Positions 58,281 through 64,000 of a DNA stretch of 64,000 nucleotides are shown here, piece by piece. The DNA comes from Prochlorothrix sp. (lineage in GTDB: Bacteria; Cyanobacteriota; Cyanobacteriia; Prochlorotrichales; Prochlorotrichaceae), in NCBI GenBank assembly GCA_035285005.1, contig JAYKIB010000093.1:190-64189 (forward strand). The letters run 5' to 3'. Position 1 is the stretch's first letter, and every line of letters starts with the position of its first letter. The notes beneath the pieces were generated by a model. The model was not told the DNA's origin. It did no database searches and saw nothing but the letters and a program-made list of their open reading frames with translations. Position numbers and translations under genes: made by a program.

Positions 58281-60368
58281 TCATCCGGTTATATCCAGAA
58301 CCTTGACCAAAAAGGCCCACTGATCCGTAACTTCCTCAATTTGCTTCGCGATCGGCTTGCCAGCACCATGTCCGGCTTTGGTTTCAATGCGGATCAGTAC
58401 CGGTGGGTCGCCCTGATGGGCCGATTGGAGGGCCGCCGCAAACTTGAAACTATGGGCTGGAACGACCCGATCGTCGTGGTCAGCCGTGGTAATGAGAGTC
58501 GCGGGATAGCAGGTACCCGGCTTAAGGTTATGGAGCGGCGAGTAGGCGTAGAGAACCGGGAAATCTTCCGGATTCTCCGGGGATCCGTATTCAGCACACC
58601 AAGCCCAGCCGATCGTGAACTGATGAAACCGCAGCATATCCATTACCCCCACCGCTGGCAGGGCCGCCCCAAATAAATCGGGGCGCTGGGTCATACAGGC
58701 TCCCACCAACAGACCACCATTACTGCCCCCCGCGATCGCCAGCTTGGGAGTGCTAGTGTACTGTTCAGCAATGAGCCACTCAGCACAACTGATAAAGTCA
58801 TCAAAGACATTTTGCTTATTGGCCTTCATGCCAGCTTGGTGCCAGGATTCACCATATTCTCCCCCCCCCCGCAGGTTTGCCACCGCATAGATCCCACCCA
58901 TCTCTAGCCACACCGTCAAACTAACCCGGAAGCTGGGAGTTAGGGAAATGTTAAAGCCACCATAGGCGTAGAGGTACGTGGGGTTTTGGCCGTTGAGGGG
59001 TAAGCCTTTTTTGTGGGTAATAAAGAGGGGAATGGGAGTACCGTCCGTGCTCGAAACAAAAACCTGGCGGGTTTCGTAGAGAGTGGAGTCAAAATCGACG
59101 CTGGGCTCCCGAAAGAGGGTACTTTGACCCGTGGTGAAGTTGTAGTGATAGATGCGGGTGGGACTGGTGTAGCTGGTGTAGCTGTAGAAAGTCTCCGTGT
59201 CGGATCGATCGCCGCTAAAGCCACCCACGGATCCGAGACCAGGAAGGGCCACATCCTGGAGAAACTGACCCTGGAGATCGAATATTTTGACCTGGGAAGC
59301 CGCATCCTTAAGGTAGAGAGCTACAAATTGATTATTGATGAGGCTAACGCTCTCTAGGGTGTCATCACCCTCGGGAATCACTTCCTGCCACTGGGATCGA
59401 TCGGGTTGGGCCAAGTCAATGGCAATGAGTCGGCCTTTGGGAGCATCCAGATCCGTCCAAATCCAGAACTGACTGCCCACATTGCCCACCACAGAAAAGC
59501 CTGCTTCAAATTCTGAGATCAGTTCCACGACGGGGGCTGGCTGATCGGGAGTCGCCCGGTGTAGATCTTGATAAAATAGGAGGTTACGGGAATCGGTCCC
59601 GAGCCAGACTTCGATAATTAAATAGCGACCATCATCGGTCACCTCGCCGCCAAATCCCCATTCCTGTTGGTCAGGGCGATGATAAATGAGACGATCCTCG
59701 CTTTGATGAGTCCCCAGACGATGGTAATAAAGTTTCTGGAAATAGTTAGTATCCTCAAACTGGCTATCAGCATTAGGTTCATCGTAGCGACCATAGTAGA
59801 AGCCCTGGTGATCTGGACTCCAGGCGGCACCGGAAAATTTACTCCATTGGAGCCGATCGCCGCGATCCTGTCCCGTTTCAATGTCACGCACATACCATTC
59901 ACGCCAGTCAGAGCCGGAGTGGGAGAGGGAGTAGGCCAGGAGTTGACCGTTTTCGCTAATAGAGATGCTGCCGAGGGCCGTGGTCCCGTCTGCGGAGAGG
60001 AGGTTAGGATCTAGGAGGACACGGGGATCACCATCGAGGCTGTCTTGGACGTAGAGAACGCTTTGGTTTTGGAGACCGTCGTTTTTGAAGTAAAAGTAGC
60101 GATAGCTGCCGTCGGGTAGTTTCTTACGAAAGGGTGTGCCATAGCGCTCAAAGTTCCAAAGTTGGGTCAGACGATCTCGAATTTGCTCCCGTTGGGGAAT
60201 ATTTTCAAGAAAGGTAGTGGTAATAGCATTTTCAGCCCTAATCCAGCTTTGGGTTTCTTCGCTGTCGGGGGCCTCTAGCCAGCGATAGGGATCGGGAACG
60301 GGGGTACCGTGGTGATGGTCGATGTGGTCATCGCGACGGGCGGGGGGATAGGTCAGGCTGGAAGTCAT
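58281..60368 (-). CDS. Prolyl oligopeptidase (S9A family)
   Basis: PPARRDD...DPYRWLE N-terminus. Catalytic Ser in GGSNGGLL, Asp in ADHDDRV, His in KAGHGAGK. Confidence 0.93.
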   Translation of the reverse strand: MTSSLTYPPARRDDHIDHHHGTPVPDPYRWLEAPDSEETQSWIRAENAITTTFLENIPQREQIRDRLTQLWNFERYGTPFRKKLPDGSYRYFYFKNDGLQNQSVLYVQDSLDGDPRVLLDPNLLSADGTTALGSISISENGQLLAYSLSHSGSDWREWYVRDIETGQDRGDRLQWSKFSGAAWSPDHQGFYYGRYDEPNADSQFEDTNYFQKLYYHRLGTHQSEDRLIYHRPDQQEWGFGGEVTDDGRYLIIEVWLGTDSRNLLFYQDLHRATPDQPAPVVELISEFEAGFSVVGNVGSQFWIWTDLDAPKGRLIAIDLAQPDRSQWQEVIPEGDDTLESVSLINNQFVALYLKDAASQVKIFDLQGQFLQDVALPGLGSVGGFSGDRSDTETFYSYTSYTSPTRIYHYNFTTGQSTLFREPSVDFDSTLYETRQVFVSSTDGTPIPLFITHKKGLPLNGQNPTYLYAYGGFNISLTPSFRVSLTVWLEMGGIYAVANLRGGGEYGESWHQAGMKANKQNVFDDFISCAEWLIAEQYTSTPKLAIAGGSNGGLLVGACMTQRPDLFGAALPAVGVMDMLRFHQFTIGWAWCAEYGSPENPEDFPVLYAYSPLHNLKPGTCYPATLITTADHDDRVVPAHSFKFAAALQSAHQGDPPVLIRIETKAGHGAGKPIAKQIEEVTDQWAFLVKVLDITG

Positions 60369-60413
60369 GGCAGACGCTAGGTTAGGGAATTATGGGTGAG
60401 GTCATGAAACAAC

Positions 60414-60712
60414 GGGCACCTCGAACAATCTAGGTTTTAGGGCAGTTGAGCACACCGGAATCGGGGTTGGGGCGATCGGCTACGCCGCCCACCAGCGGGT
60501 CACGGATCGGCCTATTCAAAGGCAATCCACTGCTCCGCAGTGGCAGTTTCCCAGACCGACCGCGAGCAAGGCGAAAACTGAGTTGTGAAGCGGGTAGTTT
60601 TGCAGGAGTCAGAATCAGGAAACCTCGAAAAATTCCCACTTTCGTCCGGTGACCCAGGCCAAAATCAGGGCCGAATCGGGCAGGAAAGCCCCCCAACCCC
60701 ATTAATCGAGGA
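60414..60712. repeat. Cluster of degenerate family-1 fragments with ~120 bp of unrelated insert
   Basis: GGGCACCTCGAACAATC at 60414, AACCTCGAAAAATTCCCACTTTCGTCCGGTGACCCAGGCCAAAATCAGGG, and CCCATTAATCGAGGACC at ~60700. Confidence 0.6.
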
Positions 60713-60775
60713 CCATGGGATGATTATGATTGATCGTTGTGGCGGATAGCATGGCTGTCTGCCACAGTTAATCTA

Positions 60776-60925
60776 AGAGGATATTGGGAAACCGGCGAGA
60801 ATCCCCCCTAACCCTCCTCGTAAAGCGGGAGGCAGCCTCTTCTTCCCCCTTCAAAAGGTGGACTGAGGGAAATTCTACCAAGACCTGCGCTACGGTCCTT
60901 GGCCGCAGCGTCCAAACAGCCCCTT
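60776..60925. repeat. Family-2 MITE, diverged full-length copy
   Basis: AGAGGATATTGGGAAACCGGCGAGAATCCCCCCTAACCC...TTCCCCCTTCAAAAGGTGGA...GGCCGCAGCGTCCAAACAGCCCCT. Confidence 0.65.
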
Positions 60926-60930
60926 AGCGA

Positions 60931-61722
60931 TTACTGGCACATCGCATGGGTTTGTGACGATACCGGCGATTTAGATACCGGCGATTTATAGGATTGGACC
61001 CGATCGGCGAGGGGGGAAATCCAGGTTGCACTACTGTAGGCGTTGGCCTGGTAAACCATTTGCTGGTCCAAATCGAGGGCTGTGAGCCAACCACTGCGGG
61101 GATGATAGGCACCGGTATCAATATCAAGCCAACCCGGCCCCTGAGCAATCATCCCCGGAGCAATATTGGGCAAGGTGAAGGTGATGGTGTGACCCGTCAC
61201 AATGGTTTTATCCGCAAAGTAAGGGCGATCGATCGTGTGGAAGTCTCCCCGAATCCAGCACAGATCATGGGCCGATTGTTCCGACACCGATCGATCGGGA
61301 TCAACCCCCGCATGGACAAGCCAAAAATCTCCCAAGTCGTAATAAAACGGCTGTTCATACAGCCACCGCATATCTGCCTCTAGCTTGTCTAGATCTCGCC
61401 CGTAGCTCCCCAACGTTTCCATCCCGCCACTGTAAAACCAAGGATGGTATTCTATGCTTTCCGAAAACTCCAAATAGTCCGCCATGGCTTGGATCAAAAG
61501 CTGCTCATGGTTGCCAATTAAGGTGTGATAGCCTTCACGGCGCACCAGCTCCACCACCTGAGCACTTCCAGCCCCTCGATCGATTAAATCGCCAACAAAA
61601 TACACTTCATCCTGGGCACCGGGGCCAATCAGCGCCAACAGACGCAGCAGGGTGTCATAGTGACCGTGAACATCTCCCACAACGATACGACGCGGGGCAG
61701 AAGAGTTTGCCGTTGGGATCAT
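60931..61722 (-). CDS. Metallophosphoesterase (PPP-family Ser/Thr phosphatase / ApaH-PrpE-like)
   Basis: VGDVHGH, GDLIDRG, GNHE, VTGHT motifs. Confidence 0.88.
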   Translation of the reverse strand: MIPTANSSAPRRIVVGDVHGHYDTLLRLLALIGPGAQDEVYFVGDLIDRGAGSAQVVELVRREGYHTLIGNHEQLLIQAMADYLEFSESIEYHPWFYSGGMETLGSYGRDLDKLEADMRWLYEQPFYYDLGDFWLVHAGVDPDRSVSEQSAHDLCWIRGDFHTIDRPYFADKTIVTGHTITFTLPNIAPGMIAQGPGWLDIDTGAYHPRSGWLTALDLDQQMVYQANAYSSATWISPLADRVQSYKSPVSKSPVSSQTHAMCQ

Positions 61723-62132
61723 AGTGATAGGATGACGGGCTAAAAAGACAAAAGGCGCGATACTGTTCCGAGGGAGGGGTCCGAACAGCGAAAAGCCGGT
61801 CTAGCGACAATCAGGAAGTCCCTGACTCAATCAGACCGCCATAATGCGTAGGAATCCTCGATGCGTTAGGTTGGGCGGCAAAGCCGTTCAACCGATGGTA
61901 GCTATCCGTGGCATGAAATGCAGGGATCACACTCCCTCTAGCCCCACCGACGCATAGGCCGCGATCGCTCTGAATCCTGGGTGGACCAGCCAGCCAAAGG
62001 ACTTTTCGAGGTTTTCCTTATTATGAATTTTTTTTGCAAAGGATTGAACCCACCTTGCTTGCTGCTATGCAATCTTCACCGAATCTTCACATAACGCAAT
62101 CGGGCAAGGGACAGGTGCCTGCGCCTGGAGAT

Positions 62133-62257
62133 GCAGTCAGACATGAGTCCTAGAATGCCCTCAAAATCAGGGACACAGCCCCCCGCCTATACCACGGGGG
62201 CGGGCGTATCACTCTGATCGCGCAAGGATTCTCCAGTGAATTGATGACATGCCTGGG
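62133..62257. repeat. Family-3 MITE, inverted copy
   Basis: The reverse complement reads CCCAGGCATGTCATCAATTCACTGGAGAATCCTTGCGCGATCAGAGTGATACGCCCGCCCCCGTGGTATAGGCGGGGGGCTGTGTCCCTGATTTTGAGGGCATTC. Confidence 0.78.
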
Positions 62258-62332
62258 AGCAGCCCGGGAAATATCTCCTCTGTGCTGGCGATTCTGGGGA
62301 GAGATTCTCCCCAGAGCCTGGTATACAGGGGA

Positions 62333-62430
62333 GGGCACCTCGATAATTGTGGCGGGCGGCGAAGCCGCCCAACCCAACCCTGATTCTGCTGTGGGTACTG
62401 CGGTAAAAATCTGTATTAATCGAGGTGCCC
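62333..62430. repeat. Family-1 element, full copy with a chimeric (mispaired) hairpin
   Basis: The left arm TTGTGGCGGGC is the TTGTGG type and the right arm GCCCAACCCAA is the TTGGGTT type. The flanks are near-identical to 19791-19890. Confidence 0.88.
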
Positions 62431-62561
62431 GGAAGTGATCTCTACCTTTTTACAGAATCGGAGAGCAAAATCAGGATGACGATCGATCGCCACAGGGGGC
62501 TATGAGGGAGTTACGACTGCCAGCAACGGGAAACGCGGGGCAGCAGACTCCCTCCGGGCTG

Positions 62562-63299
62562 CTACTGGCTCAGGGCCTTGATAAAACGCTGCAAACGAGT
62601 TAACACCCCTGGCCTATTTCCGCTCCCTGGGGCTGCCCCGCCTCCGGTCTCCTGATCTGCGGGACCCATCTCCGCTCCATCACCGTACAAAATCAGTTCC
62701 ACATCTTCCCCAGAGGGTTTGGTGGCAAAGTCCTGAATCTTGCGATAGGTGCCGTCTTGCTCTTGCCACAGTTCCCAGGAGCCGGGATAGCAGCGGAACA
62801 GCGCAGCTTGGTCGAGGGGCTGGAGATAGTAGCAGGGTTCGATCGTACTCAAGAATCGATCGCGTAATCGACGGGCCGCATAACCAATCCCCACCGCCAC
62901 CACATCTTCCAAGCAGGGATTAAGCAAAATAATCGGGCGCGGGCTCGCTGCGTCGCAGATTTTCTCCACCTCTTCCACTTCCACCGAAGAAGGCTCGATG
63001 AAAATAAAGAGCGATTCTTCATCCTTAATCTTGGTCTCATTTAACCCCCGCACCGTAAAAGCGGGGTTGTTCCAGTCTCGACGGGCAAGGGCAGCTGCCC
63101 CCGCATCCGGAAACAGCAGTCGCAGTTGGGATTCCAAAGACGTGAAGGGTTGAATAAACTGTTCGGCAATGGGCTGAATTTTCAGTTCAGGAATATTAAT
63201 TTCCACTTGAATCCGAAGATATCCCGCATCCAGCGCAGCTTGGGCCGCAGCTTGGGCTTGGGTCACAGCTTCGTTCAGGTCTTTGGGCAGTGGTACCAT
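62562..63299 (-). CDS. DUF1995 domain-containing protein
   Basis: LRIQVEINIPEL... pattern typical of DUF1995. Start moved to the ATG at 63299 (MVPLPKD), because the longer ORF reads into a family-1 repeat. Confidence 0.62.
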   Translation of the reverse strand: MVPLPKDLNEAVTQAQAAAQAALDAGYLRIQVEINIPELKIQPIAEQFIQPFTSLESQLRLLFPDAGAAALARRDWNNPAFTVRGLNETKIKDEESLFIFIEPSSVEVEEVEKICDAASPRPIILLNPCLEDVVAVGIGYAARRLRDRFLSTIEPCYYLQPLDQAALFRCYPGSWELWQEQDGTYRKIQDFATKPSGEDVELILYGDGAEMGPADQETGGGAAPGSGNRPGVLTRLQRFIKALSQ

Positions 63300-63385
63300 G
63301 GGCGTGATTTTGGTTAATTTTCGGGGATTGTTGTAAATCGCAAGGTTATGCGTATGAAAAGCAGGAGGGGAGTAGGCTAAGGTAA

Positions 63386-63453
63386 AGGGCACCTCAATAG
63401 ACCTTGAGTCTGACGGGAGTGACTGGACGAAAATTTTCATTGTTCGAGGTGCC
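63386..63453. repeat. Family-1 short form (no hairpin)
   Basis: GGGCACCTCAATAGACCTTGAGTCTGACGGGAGTGACTGGACGAAAATTTTCATTGTTCGAGGTGCCC. Confidence 0.75.
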
Positions 63454-63548
63454 CCACGGATTGAACTGATTTAAGGTCAGTTTCCAGTGAAGCACGTTGT
63501 TGCAACCCCGCTCCCAACCGACCCCCTTGGATTGAGAAGGAATCGAAT

Positions 63549-63974
63549 ATGACCAACCAGAATCCCACTTCCCCCTCCGAACAGCCATCCAAGGGCCAGC
63601 CCACCTCACCCAATCAACCCAATCAGCGGAAGCGTATTGGGGAATTTTTAGTGGAGGCTGGGTTTATCACACCGTCCCATGTGGAGGTGGCTCTATTGGA
63701 TCAGAGCGTGACGGGGCATCGCCTGGGGGAAATTATGGTCCTGCGGGGTTGGGTGGATCAACCCACAGTGGACTCGATTGTGAAGCTACAGGCCGAGGGA
63801 GGGTCTGCTCCCCTGCCCCGTCCGGCAGAGGTGGCCAATCCCCAGGCGCCTCTATCTGGTCGCCAGGTAGTTTTAGGGTCTGTGGAGCAGCAAGATGTGG
63901 ACACGGTGGCAATGAATATTGACGAGTTGAAGCGGCAGATGGCTGAGGAAGAGGCCCAGCGGGCAAAGGAGTAA
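63549..63974 (+). CDS. Small stand-alone MshEN (T2SSE_N-like) domain protein, putative c-di-GMP receptor
   Basis: Two 24-residue motifs, RIGEFLVEAGFITPSHVEVALLDQ and RLGEIMVLRGWVDQPTVDSIVKLQ, separated by 5 residues (SVTGH). Confidence 0.6.
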   Translation: MTNQNPTSPSEQPSKGQPTSPNQPNQRKRIGEFLVEAGFITPSHVEVALLDQSVTGHRLGEIMVLRGWVDQPTVDSIVKLQAEGGSAPLPRPAEVANPQAPLSGRQVVLGSVEQQDVDTVAMNIDELKRQMAEEEAQRAKE

Positions 63975-64000
63975 AACAGGAGTCAAACAAGGGCATCTCG

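Overview
This 64-kb window is cyanobacterial chromosome. The evidence is many HIP1 GCGATCGC octamers (e.g. 5978-5985) and cyanobacteria-typical genes: an IctB-like protein, DUF3386, DUF4278, a GS-inactivating factor IF17-like protein, a group-2 sigma factor and glutamine riboswitches. It is GC-rich, and I infer a Leptolyngbya/Geitlerinema-like organism. About 41 genes can be supported, and most are housekeeping or sensory: dnaX, selO, uvrC, lexA, cinA, cutA, glsA, mtnB, sigma-70, a class III cyclase, a hybrid histidine kinase, a Mn/Zn-type ABC transporter, an ECF Ni/Co transporter, a radical-SAM fusion and a prolyl oligopeptidase. No rRNA, tRNA or CRISPR was recognised. Five things stand out. 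(1) A conspicuously AT-richer island (~470-5675), bounded by two different MITEs, carries one 1525-aa DUF4011 / SF1-helicase / Vsr(DUF559)-like nuclease gene that resembles the single-gene Hhe defence type. (2) A nitrogen-control locus has an NtcA-type box overlapping a sigma70-like -10, followed by two glutamine (glnA-motif) riboswitches. Each riboswitch precedes a DUF4278 ORF; the second ORF looks like gifB/IF17, and a glutaminase gene lies downstream. (3) At least three families of short non-autonomous repeats (REP/MITE-like) fill almost every intergenic gap. Family 1 carries a GC hairpin whose stem covaries between copies, and one copy is nested inside a family-3 element with a 7-bp duplication. 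(4) lexA has three GTAC-N4-GTAC boxes upstream. (5) A stand-alone MshEN-like putative c-di-GMP receptor is present. Other oddities are an RCK channel without a GYG filter, an 11-bp x5 tandem repeat abutting a start codon, and low-complexity P/S/T-rich insertions in many conserved proteins. All functional calls come from motif recognition by eye; no database search was run.
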